The notes: generated from the sequence alone by a model not told the origin. Shown: positions 9,305 through 19,188, counted from the first letter of the stretch. The stretch: DNA of 64,000 nucleotides from an uncultured Pseudomonadota bacterium (GCA_963749075.1 CAVVLJ010000016.1:736001-800000), one strand, 5' to 3'. Program-made: numbers and translations.

Positions 9305-10312
9305 ATGAGAAGCTCCATAGTCTGCTTACTGGGCGCCGGCTTTTCGTACGTTGGGGGGACTCCACTCGCTAGGGACCTCCTCAAGCCGAATTGGCTCATC
9401 ACGACGTCGGAGCGCAGTCGCCGGCGCTTCCGTATGGTTCGTGAGCATTACGAAAATTGGCAGAAAGACCACCCCGGAGAATATCCAGAGCAATACATGG
9501 AGCTGGTGTACACGCGGAGTGCGGGACCAAATACACCGAAGTGGGATTGGGTCGTAGAGTATGTCTGCGCTGTAATTGCGTCAGCGGGAACGCCATCAGC
9601 ATCATTAAATCGAAACCCCCGATATTCTAACCGCGTCAACCGGCCCTTCTATTGCGCGGCCCACCAACAATTTTGGAATGCACTTTTCAGCACCACTAGG
9701 GACCTCTCGGTGATCACGACTAACTACGACATTCTGGTCGAACGGGTATTGCGCCATCGGCCGATGCGCCGACCGTGGTCCCCTGGTTGCTTCTATGGCG
9801 GTCTTGCACGGCCTCAAATCCTAAAGGGAGCGGCTCAGCCATTTTCCCGATGGGCTCCGGAGCGCATCATTGAGATGACTGGGACGATACCCGTCTTCAA
9901 GCTCCATGGTTCGCTCAATTGGACACTGGACGGTCAGTCCATCGTCACCTTCCAGGACATGCGACCGGCATTTCGGCATGGTGGTACCGCAGCGATTATT
10001 CCACCGGTTCCGGAGAAGCTTGTGCCCCCATGGTTGCATGAAATTTGGCGCGAGGCGGAATCGAGCCTGCGCGGATCTGATTTGTGGGTGATGTGCGGTT
10101 ATTCCATGCCGGCCTATGACACCGAGGTGTTGCGACTGCTGAAGACAGCTGGGACCGGTTGGCCCCTTACCATTTTTCTCCTCAGCCCCGAGGCCGCCGC
10201 CCTCCAGAAAAGGTGGACAGGCCTCCTTCCTGAAGCCAGCACTATTTGTCTTCCAGGACTTCCCGAAGGGATCGAACCGCTCGCTCACCGCCTCGTGTCG
10301 TTGCCGCAATAG
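9305..10312 (+). CDS. SIR2-like (sirtuin/NADase fold) protein
   Basis: LLGAGFS, ITTNYDILVE, FKLHGSLNW and CGYSMPAYD motifs of the SIR2_2 type; lower GC than flanks. Confidence 0.88.
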   Translation: MRSSIVCLLGAGFSYVGGTPLARDLLKPNWLITTSERSRRRFRMVREHYENWQKDHPGEYPEQYMELVYTRSAGPNTPKWDWVVEYVCAVIASAGTPSASLNRNPRYSNRVNRPFYCAAHQQFWNALFSTTRDLSVITTNYDILVERVLRHRPMRRPWSPGCFYGGLARPQILKGAAQPFSRWAPERIIEMTGTIPVFKLHGSLNWTLDGQSIVTFQDMRPAFRHGGTAAIIPPVPEKLVPPWLHEIWREAESSLRGSDLWVMCGYSMPAYDTEVLRLLKTAGTGWPLTIFLLSPEAAALQKRWTGLLPEASTICLPGLPEGIEPLAHRLVSLPQ

Positions 10313-10624
10313 CACCATCAGGTAAACCAACCGAGGACCTCGCGAGCGGCAGGGGAGCCGCACGATACGCCCACCTTGTAGCGGCACGGCCGTTGTGACG
10401 TGCTATTCGTCGGCGTCATAGATGACTGCGACGCACTGTTGCCGGAGGGCGTATCGGGCGACGTTGATCGCGGGATGGGGGAGACCCTCGGCGATGCGCT
10501 CCTGCCCCGGCATCGGATGCGACCTTCCGCTGCCGCATACACCGGGCGGTAGGGAATGACCGCTTCGGGCCGAGAGCACCCGCTGGCGGGCCACGGCTGA
10601 CTTGGTTTTGACCCCAGCCCCGCC

Positions 10625-12868
10625 TCAATGCCCCACGAGCGCCGCCTTGACGCGCTCGGCCGTGATCGGCGCCGTCCGCATCCTGGCGCCCGTCGCATCG
10701 AAGATGGCGTTGGCAAGCGCCCCCGGCACCGGCGTGGTCGAGGCCTCGCCGGCGCCGAAGGGGGGGAGCTCGGGGCGGGAGACGAGGTCGATCTCGATTG
10801 TGGGCGCCTCGGGGAAGGTGAGGATGGGGTAGCTCGACCAGTCCGTGCTGGTGACGCGGGCGCGGTCGAAGGCGACCTCCTCGTGGAGCACGCGGCTCAG
10901 GGTCTGGAGGATGCAGCCCTCGATCTGGTTCTTCAGCGCATCGGGGTTGATGATGAGCCCGCAGTCGTGGGCGCAGGCGACGCGCCTCACGCGCACCTCG
11001 CCCGACGTGCGGTCGACGGCCGCCTCCATGGCGATCGCCACGTAGTTCTCGTTGTGCTTGTAATGCACGTAGGCGATGCCGCGGCCGATCGCAAGCGGGC
11101 CCGAGCCGCGCTCGGGATTGGGCGAGGGGCGCGCCTGCCAGCCGAAGAGGGCGGCCGCGCGCTTGAGGACCTCGATGCCGCGCGAGTCCGAGAGTGCCGA
11201 GAGGCGGAACTCGAGCGGGTCGCGCTTGGCCGCCGCGGCGAGCTCGTCGGTGAAGCCCTCGACCGCGAAGCTGTTGGCGATCTTGCCGGGGGCGCGGATG
11301 TTGGACGGGCGGAGCGGCGTCGCCTTGAGCCAATGGACCGTCGCCTCCATGTCCTTGACGGCATACGGCGGATCGCCGTTCTGCCCGATGAGGCCGGCGG
11401 ACAGGCCGAGCTTCTGCGCGATGCCGGCGGCGGCAGGTGCCAGGAGCGGCACGTGCGGCATGCCCTTGGTCGCTGCGGGCAGCCACATCTCGGTGCGCCA
11501 GGCGGCGATGCGGCCCTCGCCGTCGAGGCTCGCGTCCAAGTCGATGAGCTGCGGCGGGCCCTTGGGGTCCCAGCCGTGCTCGTCCTCGCGCATCCATTGC
11601 ACGCGCACCGGCCGGCCGGTCGCGCGCGAGAGGAGCGCTGCGTCCGCCGCCGCGTCGTCGTGGCCGTTCATGCCGTAGCAGCCGGCGCCGTCGAGATAGA
11701 TGAGGCGCACCTTGTCCTCAGGCAGGCCGAGGATGTGGGCGAAGGCGATGCGGAACTTGTGCGTCGCCTGGGAGGCGGTCCAGATGGTGGCGCTGCCGTC
11801 GCTCACGTCGGCGATGGCGCAGGAGGGCCCCATCGAGGCGTGGCTCTGCACCGGCCACCAGTAGCTCGCCGTGAAGCGGTGTCTTGCCGCATTGAGTGCC
11901 GCGGCCGCATCGCCGCGCTTGGCGACCGTCTCGTCGTGGTCGACCGCACTCGCGCGCACGAAACGCGCAAGGTCCGTGTTTCCCGGCAGCTCTTGCGCCT
12001 GGCTCCAGCTCGCCTTGAGCGCTCTCGCGGCGCGGATCGCCGCCCATTCGTCCTCCGCCACCACGCCGAGGAAGTCCTTGATGCGCACGACGCCCGCGTG
12101 GGGGATGCCGGCCAGCGATTCCGGGTCGATCGAGAGCAGCGCAGCACCCACCGCTGGCGGCCGGATGGCGCGGCCGTGCAGCATGTTGGGCACGCTGAAA
12201 TCATGCATATAGACGTGCGTGCCGGTGCATTTGGCCGGCAGGTCAGGGCGCTTGAGCGGCTGGCCCACCACCTTGTAGGAGGCGGGCGGCTTGAGCGGCG
12301 CCTGGGCGTCGACCTTGAGCGAGAGGCGCTTCCCCGCGACGAGGTCGCCGTAGCCGACGCGTCCCGTGCCCGAGGCCGTGCGCACGACGCCGTCCTCGAC
12401 CGCGAGATCGCCCACGGCAGCACCGAGGCGCTCGGCCGCGAGCTTGAGGAGGGCCTGGCGCGCGGTCGCCGCCGCCTGGCGGATGGGGACGCCGCCGCGG
12501 GTGATGCCGGAGCTGCCGCCGGTCGGGCCCTGGTCGGGGGTAAGCGCCGTGTCGCCCTCGATGAGGTCGATGCGCCCGACCGGGAGATAGAGCTCCTCCG
12601 CCACCATCTGGCGGACGGCGATGCGCAGGCCCGTGCCGAGATCGACCTTGCCGGTATAGACCGTGGCCGAGCCGTCGGCGTGGATGGCGAGGAAGCTCGC
12701 CACCTCGTCGAGTGCCAGCGGCTTGCCGACGTCGGCTGGCGAGCCGAGGAGCGGCTCGGCCAGGGCCGCGAGTGCCATGCGCGGTGCGACGCCGATGCTC
12801 ACGATGAGCGTGCTGCCCGCCTTGAGGAGAGCGCGGCGGGAGAGCTTGAGAGGGCGGATGGCGTTCAT
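10625..12868 (-). CDS. Xanthine dehydrogenase family molybdopterin-binding subunit (NicB/IorB-like), Tat signal
   Basis: SRRALLK Tat motif; GKVDLGTG, AHDCGLIINP, QIEG, GAGE motifs. Confidence 0.93.
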   Translation of the reverse strand: MNAIRPLKLSRRALLKAGSTLIVSIGVAPRMALAALAEPLLGSPADVGKPLALDEVASFLAIHADGSATVYTGKVDLGTGLRIAVRQMVAEELYLPVGRIDLIEGDTALTPDQGPTGGSSGITRGGVPIRQAAATARQALLKLAAERLGAAVGDLAVEDGVVRTASGTGRVGYGDLVAGKRLSLKVDAQAPLKPPASYKVVGQPLKRPDLPAKCTGTHVYMHDFSVPNMLHGRAIRPPAVGAALLSIDPESLAGIPHAGVVRIKDFLGVVAEDEWAAIRAARALKASWSQAQELPGNTDLARFVRASAVDHDETVAKRGDAAAALNAARHRFTASYWWPVQSHASMGPSCAIADVSDGSATIWTASQATHKFRIAFAHILGLPEDKVRLIYLDGAGCYGMNGHDDAAADAALLSRATGRPVRVQWMREDEHGWDPKGPPQLIDLDASLDGEGRIAAWRTEMWLPAATKGMPHVPLLAPAAAGIAQKLGLSAGLIGQNGDPPYAVKDMEATVHWLKATPLRPSNIRAPGKIANSFAVEGFTDELAAAAKRDPLEFRLSALSDSRGIEVLKRAAALFGWQARPSPNPERGSGPLAIGRGIAYVHYKHNENYVAIAMEAAVDRTSGEVRVRRVACAHDCGLIINPDALKNQIEGCILQTLSRVLHEEVAFDRARVTSTDWSSYPILTFPEAPTIEIDLVSRPELPPFGAGEASTTPVPGALANAIFDATGARMRTAPITAERVKAALVGH

Positions 12869-12879
12869 GGCCGCCTCCC

Positions 12880-13341
12880 TCAAGCGCCGGCCGCGCGCAT
12901 GACCGCGCGCAGGATGCGAACGTGCGTGCCGCAGCGGCAGAGCGTTGCGGCGAGCGCCTCCTTGACCTCGTCGAGCGTCGGCTTGGGCTTGTGGTCGAGG
13001 AGCGCCTTGGCCGCCATCACCATGCCGTTGGTGCAATAGCCGCACTGCGCCGCCTGCTCCGCGATGAAGGCGGCCTGCACCGGGTGCGGCTTCTCGGGCG
13101 TCCCGAGCCCCTCGATGGTGGTGACCGAGCGGCCGGCCACGGCGCTCATGGGTGTGATACAGGCGCGCGCGATCTCGCCGTCGATGAGCACCGCGCAGGC
13201 GCCGCACTGGCCGAGCCCGCAGCCGAACTTGGGCCCATGCAGGCCGAGCTGGTTGCGCAGCACGTAGAGGAGCGGGACGTCGGCGTCCCAGCTCTCGAGC
13301 TTCTCGGCCTTGCCGTTCACCTGGAGCTCGACCGTCGCCAT
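12880..13341 (-). CDS. (2Fe-2S)-binding small subunit (CoxS/NicA-like)
   Basis: KFGCGLGQCGAC, QCGYC and LCRCGT motifs. Confidence 0.95.
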   Translation of the reverse strand: MATVELQVNGKAEKLESWDADVPLLYVLRNQLGLHGPKFGCGLGQCGACAVLIDGEIARACITPMSAVAGRSVTTIEGLGTPEKPHPVQAAFIAEQAAQCGYCTNGMVMAAKALLDHKPKPTLDEVKEALAATLCRCGTHVRILRAVMRAAGA

Positions 13342-13361
13342 TTCTGCACTCCACCGTTATG

Positions 13362-13573
13362 CTCGTTGATGCACACAAATCGTAAGATTACAGGTGCCTC
13401 GGACAGGCAGCGGTGGGTCCTTCGAGACGCTCGCTGCGCTCGCTCCTCAGGATGAGGTAAAGTCTTTCTGCCACACACAAATCTGCCTCATCCTGAGGAG
13501 CGCCCCGAAGGGGCGCGTCTCGAAGGACCCACGGCGGCCCTGCAAGTCTCTTGGACGTGTGTGCATCGACTGG
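13362..13573. mobile_element. Family A MITE-like element, copy 1 (212 bp)
   Basis: TIRs CTCGTTGATGCACACA ... TGTGTGCATCGACTGG around inverted arms CCTTCGAGACGC-loop-GCTCCTCAGGATGAG and the spacer AAGTCTTTCTGCCACACACAAAT. Confidence 0.85.
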
Positions 13574-13759
13574 CGCTATCCTGCCCGGATTTCCGCAAGC
13601 ATTACCCGATTGCGTGCCCCATGCAACCGGGAGGCAGCCCGGCGCACGCGAAAGTGACCGCGCACGCCGCGCCCCGTGATTTTGCTTTGCCTTGCCGCGG
13701 CGGGCTGCCTAATCTCCGGGCAATCAAGGCCATGGGCACGCGCACGGCGAGGAGGAGAC

Positions 13760-14685
13760 ATGCGGATCGCCATCATCGGCCAGCAGGATTTCGGCAAGGC
13801 CGTGCTCGAGGCGTTCTTGAAGCGCGGCGACGAGGTGGCCGGCGTCTTCGTCTCGCCCGAGAAGCCGGGGTCGCGGCCCGATCCCTTGCGCGCGGCTGCC
13901 GAGGCGGCGGGCGTGAAAGTCTTCCAGATCGCCAAATTCACCGAGGCGCCGGCGCATGGACGCGCTCAAGGGCCTCGGCGCCGACATCGGCATCATGGCC
14001 TATGTGCTCGCCTTCGCGCCGCAGAGCTTCTGCGCGATCCCGAAGCACGGCACCATCCAGTACCACCCCTCGCTGCTTGCCGCTCCACCGCGGCCCCTCC
14101 TCGATCAACTGGCCGATCATCAAGGGCTTCACGAAGACAGGCCTCAGCATCTTCCGCCCGAGCGACGGGCTCGACGAGGGTCCGGTGGTGCTGCAGAAGG
14201 AGGTCGCCATCGGGCCGGACGACACCCTCGGCTCGCTCTATTTCGACAAGCTCTTTCCCATGGGCATCGCCGCCATGCTCGAGGCCGCGGATCTCGTGGC
14301 AGCTGGCAAGGCCAAGGAGACGGTGCAGGACGAGAGCCAGGCGACCTACGAGGGCTGGGTGCGCGAGGCCGAGGCGCGCATCAATTGGGCGCAGCCCATC
14401 GACCAGACCTACAACCTCATCCGCGGCTGCAACCCGCAGCCGGGCGCCTGGACCACGCTGGCCGGGAAGAAGCTCTATCTCTTCGACGCCAGGAAGACGA
14501 TCGCGCACACCTTCGGCCAGGTGCGCGGCAAGAAGATCGGCCAGGTCGCAGCCCTCTCGGACAAGAGCTTCACCGTGCACGGCCAGGGCGGCTTCATCGA
14601 GGTCTTGCGCTGCCGCTTCGAGGACGGCAAGAAGATCGCCGCGAACGAGGCGGGCATCGCCGAGGGCACTCTGCTGGGCGGCTGA
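13760..14685 (+). CDS. Formyltransferase (Fmt-like), split by two +1 frameshifts (near 13955 and 14078)
   Basis: MRIAIIGQQDFG, IQYHPSLL-PLHRGPSSINW and DGLDEG motifs spread over three frames; GGAGG RBS. Confidence 0.85.
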
Positions 14686-14755
14686 GCCCGCAACCATTCA
14701 TCCCATGGACATGACGGGCGCGCCCCTCGCGGCTGCGCCGGATCGAGGAGGACAT

Positions 14756-15937
14756 ATGGCGACGCCGCGCGGACGCAACTTCTTTCAGGCACCGGGGCCA
14801 ACCAACATCCCGGAGCGCATCCTGCGCGCGATGGCGGCACCGGCGATCGACTTCAAGGGTGCGGAGTTCGAGGCCATCGCGGAAGAGTGCTACGCGGGCC
14901 TGCGGCAGCTCTTCAAGACCGAGGGGACGGTCCTCGTCTATGCCTCGTCCGGTCACGGCGCCTGGGAGGCGGCGCTCGCCAATACGCTCTCGCCGGGCGA
15001 CAAGGTGCTGGTGGTGGAGAGCGGCTATTTCTCGCTCAAGTGGGGCGAGCTCGCGCAAGGCCTCGGGCTCGAAGCGGAGACGCTGGCGGCGGACTGGCGC
15101 ACGGGCGCCGATCCGGCAGCGCTCGAGGCTCGCTTGCGCGAGGACCGCGGGCACGCCATCAAGGCCGTGATGCTGGTGCACAACGAGACCTCGACGGGCG
15201 GCGTCGTCGGCGTCGCCGAGGCGCGCCGCGCCATCGATGCGGCCAAGCACCCCGCACTCTTCCTCGTCGACGTGATCTCCTCGCTCGCCTCGCTCGATTT
15301 CCGCATGGACGAGTGGCGCTGTGACGTGGTGGTCGGCGGCTCGCAGAAGGGCCTCATGATGCCGGCCGGCATGGCCTTCACCGCGGCGAGCGCGCGCGCG
15401 ATGGCGGCAGCGAAGGAGGCGCGGCTGCCGCGCATCTATTGGGACTGGCGGCGGCTCCTCGACGGCAAGCGCCAGGTCCATTTCAACGGCACGGGACCCG
15501 TGCACTTCTTCTATGGCCTCAGGGAGGCGCTCCGCATGCTCGGGGAAGAGGGGCTCGAGGAGGTCTTCGCGCGCCACCGCCGCCTCGCCGAGGCGACGCG
15601 CCGCGCGGTGCGCGCCTGGCAGCGGAACGACGGGCCGGAAATCTACGCGGCGAACCCGCGCATCCGCTCGGACTCGGTGACCGCCATCCTCGTGCCCGAG
15701 GGCCACGACGCGGACGCGGTGCGCCGCTTGAGCTTCGAGCGCTTCAACGTCTCGCTCGGCGGCGGCCTGGGGCCGCTCCAAGGCCACGTCTTCCGTCTCG
15801 CCCACATGGGCGAGCTCAACGAGCCCACGCTCCTCGGCGCCATCGCCGCGGTCGAGATGGCGCTCAAGCTCGCAGAAGTGCCCCACGGCAAGGGCGGCGT
15901 CGACGCCGCGATGGAGTATCTCGTCTCGCCCGGCTGA
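14756..15937 (+). CDS. Class V PLP aminotransferase (serine-glyoxylate aminotransferase-like), paralog 1
   Basis: PGPTNIP, HNETSTG, VDVISSL, GSQKGLM and FRLAHMG motifs. Confidence 0.93.
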   Translation: MATPRGRNFFQAPGPTNIPERILRAMAAPAIDFKGAEFEAIAEECYAGLRQLFKTEGTVLVYASSGHGAWEAALANTLSPGDKVLVVESGYFSLKWGELAQGLGLEAETLAADWRTGADPAALEARLREDRGHAIKAVMLVHNETSTGGVVGVAEARRAIDAAKHPALFLVDVISSLASLDFRMDEWRCDVVVGGSQKGLMMPAGMAFTAASARAMAAAKEARLPRIYWDWRRLLDGKRQVHFNGTGPVHFFYGLREALRMLGEEGLEEVFARHRRLAEATRRAVRAWQRNDGPEIYAANPRIRSDSVTAILVPEGHDADAVRRLSFERFNVSLGGGLGPLQGHVFRLAHMGELNEPTLLGAIAAVEMALKLAEVPHGKGGVDAAMEYLVSPG

Positions 15938-16206
15938 ACCGTGCATGGATTGCAAGGACGCTTGCACTTTCATCGCGGGTCCTTCGAGACGCGCCCCCGG
16001 CGCGCCAAGCGCGCCTCTCTTGCATCATGCAAGAGAGCGGGCCTTCGGCCCGCGGGGCGCTCCTCAGGATGAGGCAGATTTGTGTGTGGCAGAAAGACTT
16101 AACCTCATCCTGAGGAGCGAGCGCAGCGAGCGTCTCGAAGGACGCACCGCACTTGGTCCGAGGCGCCTTTACCTTGCGGAGCGCCGCTCGTCGCGTGCTT
16201 CTTACT
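15934..16206. mobile_element. Family A element, copy 2 (reverse orientation, 55-bp three-hairpin module in one arm, decayed TIRs)
   Basis: Core at about 15977-16148 matches copy 1 in reverse; module at 15999-16053; ends approximate. Confidence 0.8.
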
Positions 16207-17593
16207 GATACGGTTTGACGAGGACGGGATCGACGCGGTCTGCGTCGCCGCCGTCCGCCGGCTTTTTGCCGTAGGCGGCGATATCGACGCGCTCGGCCGA
16301 GATGCCCTGGCCCAGGAGGAAGGCGCGCACCGCATAGGCGCGCGAGAGCGAGATGCGGCGCGCGTGGCCGGCGTCGGCCCCGCTCTCGGAGGCGTAGGCG
16401 TAGAGCTTGATGCGCAAATCCTCGTCCTTCTTGAGCCGGCCGACCACCTGGCCGAGCGCCGCCTTGGCCTGGTCGCTGAGCTCGATGGCGCCGGCCGCGA
16501 AATCGATGCTCGGTCCCTTCTCTCCGGCCAACTGGGCGGGCGGCTTGGCCGCGACTTCGCCGACGGCGGTGGCCGGCGGCAGCTTGGGCTCGGCCAACGA
16601 CGCCGCCGCCGGTGCCGCCGGCGCCGGCGTTGTCGCGGCCTCCGGGACGGGTGGCGAAGCCGAGGCCTCTCGCGCGGGCGTGCTCGCCGCCGGCTCTGCG
16701 GGCGCGGCACTTTGGGCGGGCGAAGGACTTTGCGCCGGTGGGGCGGCCGGCGGAGCGGGTTTTGCCTCGGCAGCGGCCGCTGCGGGCGGAGAGGGCGGCG
16801 AGGTCAGCACCTCGGGCGTCGGCGGAGACGGCGGCGCCGCGGGCGCCCGTGCTGGCGCCGGTGCCGCCGCGGCGGCGCGCGCCGGTGCCGCCGCGGCCGC
16901 GGTCGGCTGCGCACTCGTCCGGGCAACCGGCGGCGGTGCTGCGGCTGTGCTCCGGGGTGCTGCGGGTCGCTGCGCGGCATTGGCTGGCGTCGCCAGCGTG
17001 CGCATGTAGCGCAGGAGCTCGCTCGTGGGGCGGCCGTCGACGGGAAGCCCGCTGTCCTGCTGGAAGAGCCGGATGGCGCGGAGCGTGCGCATCCCCATCC
17101 TGCCGCCGGTGGAGTCGGGCTCGTAGCCGAAGGAGATGAGCAGGCGCTGGATCTCGGCGAGCTCGGGCGACGCCTCGGCCGCAGCGCTTGCCGGCGCCTT
17201 GGCGGCCGGGCGCGGCGCTTTCGCAGCACTGCGCGGGGCCGCGGGTGGCGGCGCTGGCGGCGTCGCCGCTACGCTCGGCGCGGGGGCGGCGGGCTCGACG
17301 GGGGCCGCCGCAGGTGCGGCCGCCGCTTGCTGCTGCGGCGCTTCCGCCTGGGCCGGCGGAGCGGGCGTTGCCGCCGGTGCCGCCGCCGGCTGCGGCGCAC
17401 TTTCCTGCGCGGCGGGCGCCGGCGGCGAGGCCTCGCTCTTGGCGGCCGCGACGCTGGTGCCGGCCCCGGGCGCCTTCTCCTGCGCGCGATGCCCGGGGGC
17501 GAGGAGCAGCCACACGGCAAAGCCGAGAGCTGCGAAGCCGACGGCCACGCCCGTCCAACGAAGAATGTTCCTGGTTCTCGCTTGCAAGGCCAC
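16202..17593 (-). CDS. Membrane-anchored protein with peptidoglycan-binding domain, long Ala/Pro linkers and C-terminal OmpA-like domain
   Basis: N-terminal TM helix; EIQRLLISFGY...AIRLFQQDSGLPVDG; ISLSRAYAVRAFL...DRVD; GTG start at 17593 after AGGA. Confidence 0.85.
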   Translation of the reverse strand: MALQARTRNILRWTGVAVGFAALGFAVWLLLAPGHRAQEKAPGAGTSVAAAKSEASPPAPAAQESAPQPAAAPAATPAPPAQAEAPQQQAAAAPAAAPVEPAAPAPSVAATPPAPPPAAPRSAAKAPRPAAKAPASAAAEASPELAEIQRLLISFGYEPDSTGGRMGMRTLRAIRLFQQDSGLPVDGRPTSELLRYMRTLATPANAAQRPAAPRSTAAAPPPVARTSAQPTAAAAAPARAAAAAPAPARAPAAPPSPPTPEVLTSPPSPPAAAAAEAKPAPPAAPPAQSPSPAQSAAPAEPAASTPAREASASPPVPEAATTPAPAAPAAASLAEPKLPPATAVGEVAAKPPAQLAGEKGPSIDFAAGAIELSDQAKAALGQVVGRLKKDEDLRIKLYAYASESGADAGHARRISLSRAYAVRAFLLGQGISAERVDIAAYGKKPADGGDADRVDPVLVKPYQ

Positions 17594-17745
17594 GGTTCCT
17601 CTAGCGCCTGCGCGGTGGCGGGAAGGGGGCCGCGCGCTGCGCGACGCGCCGCCCTCGCCGCTCGCTGAATTTCCCAATCATTTCGGGAATATAGGCGGTG
17701 CCCCGGCGGGGAACAAGCAAGCAGCGCGCCGGCATCGGCGGCGGC

Positions 17746-18414
17746 TCAGAACTTGCCGTATTTGAGATAGGCCTCCTTGGGGTCCATGCCGCCCAGGATA
17801 GCCTTCCTGAGCTCGCTCTCGGTGCCGATCACCTCCTCGCTCAGCCGCACCACCTCCTCGGCGCGCGCGCGCGGGATGCGCACGATGCCGTCGCGGTCGG
17901 CGAGGACGTAGTCGCCGCTCGCGATCGTGACGGCGCCGATGACGAGCGGCTCCCCGATGCGCTCGGGCAGCCATTTCGCCACGATGTCGCTCGGCGTGGC
18001 GAAGCGGCAATAGACGGGAAAGCCGAGGGCCAGGATGAACTCCACGTCGCGCGTGGCACCGTCGACCAGGTAGCCGCGCACGCCGCGGTGCTTCAGCGTC
18101 TCGGCCGAGAGCTCGCCCATGAGGGCGCAGGCCGAGGTATTGGGCTGGCAGACCACGACCGAGCCTGCGGGTGCGCGCGAGAGGAGGCCGGTCCAGGCGA
18201 GGAGCGTCGCATGCGCCTCGAGCGTCTCGTCGTAGCGCCCGCTCACCGTGAAGGCGGGACCCGCGAGCTTGAGCGCGGGATCGAGGCCGCGGATCGTCTC
18301 GGGCAGCACGAAGCGGCACTCGCCGAGTGCGCGCAGCACGTCGTGGACAGCACCCGTGTAGCAGCGCGCGAGCCGCTGGGTGAGGGCCGCCTCGCTTGCG
18401 GCAAGCTCAGTCAT
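17746..18414 (-). CDS. RraA family / HMG-CHA aldolase-like protein
   Basis: GPAFTV, ALMGEL, VDGATRD and GDYVLADRDG motifs. Confidence 0.92.
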   Translation of the reverse strand: MTELAASEAALTQRLARCYTGAVHDVLRALGECRFVLPETIRGLDPALKLAGPAFTVSGRYDETLEAHATLLAWTGLLSRAPAGSVVVCQPNTSACALMGELSAETLKHRGVRGYLVDGATRDVEFILALGFPVYCRFATPSDIVAKWLPERIGEPLVIGAVTIASGDYVLADRDGIVRIPRARAEEVVRLSEEVIGTESELRKAILGGMDPKEAYLKYGKF

Positions 18415-19188
18415 CTACGACAGGCCCGCGGCGAGATAGCCGCCGTCGACGCGGATGATCTCGCCGGTGACATAGCTCGCGGCGGGCGAGGCGAGGAAGA
18501 TGGCCGCGCCCACCAGCTCCGGGAGCTCGCCGAAACGGCCCATGGGGGTGCGGCGCATGGCGGCCGCCTTGCGCTCCGGGCTCATCTTGTCGCGGTTGAG
18601 CTCGGTCATGAAATAGCCGGGTGCGATGGCGTTGACGCGCACGCCGCGCGTCGCCCACTCGGCGGCGAGCGTCTCGGTGAGGCCGAGCACGCCGTGCTTG
18701 CTCATCGTATAGGGCGTCGACTTTTGCAGGCCGATGAGCGAGGCGATCGAGCCGATGTTGACGATCGCTCCCTCGCCCCGCGCCAGCATGTGCCGCCCCG
18801 CCTCGAGGCAGGCGAAGAAGACGCTTTTGAGGTTGGTGTCGATCACGAGGTCGTACTGCTCGGGCGTGAAGTCCTCGCTCGGCTGGATGATCGTCACACC
18901 CTGGGAGTTGACCAGCACGTCGAGCTTGCCGAATTTAGCCGCCGCCCCGTCGATCACTGCCTTGAGGCGGGGGAGGTCGGTCACGTCGGCGGCATAACCC
19001 ACGGCGTCGGGATCGCTCTCGCGCAGGCGCTCTGCCACCTCCGCCACCTTGGCCGGCGTCTTGCCGAGGATGGCCACGCGCGCGCCCGCCTCCTGATAGG
19101 CGAGTGCGATCTCGCGCCCGATGCCGCTCGAGCCGCCGATGACGAGCGCCACCTTGTCCTTGAGCGAGAAGCGGTCGGCTTGGGTCAT
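18415..19188 (-). CDS. Short-chain dehydrogenase/reductase
   Basis: GGSSGIG, YTMSK (YxxxK), VRVNAIAPG and VDGG motifs. Confidence 0.95.
   Translation of the reverse strand: MTQADRFSLKDKVALVIGGSSGIGREIALAYQEAGARVAILGKTPAKVAEVAERLRESDPDAVGYAADVTDLPRLKAVIDGAAAKFGKLDVLVNSQGVTIIQPSEDFTPEQYDLVIDTNLKSVFFACLEAGRHMLARGEGAIVNIGSIASLIGLQKSTPYTMSKHGVLGLTETLAAEWATRGVRVNAIAPGYFMTELNRDKMSPERKAAAMRRTPMGRFGELPELVGAAIFLASPAASYVTGEIIRVDGGYLAAGLS

Noticed and set aside
10318-10550. Possible gene remnant after the SIR2 gene
   Set aside because: No frame gives a recognisable motif or a credible start.
13352-13583. Target duplication around family A copy 1 (CGTTATG / CGCTATC)
   Set aside because: Only 5/7 match and no hairpin target; too weak to count.
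13676-15937. Formyltransferase-aminotransferase fusion (753 aa), and similar fusions at 10625-13378, 54198-56849 and 61301-63328 in the ORF track
   Set aside because: These come from stop-free upstream frames; each real gene has its own RBS, start and stop.
15999-16053. tRNA gene suggested by the three-hairpin module
   Set aside because: No T-loop or D-loop consensus, no 7-nt anticodon loop and no CCA; loops are 1-3 nt.
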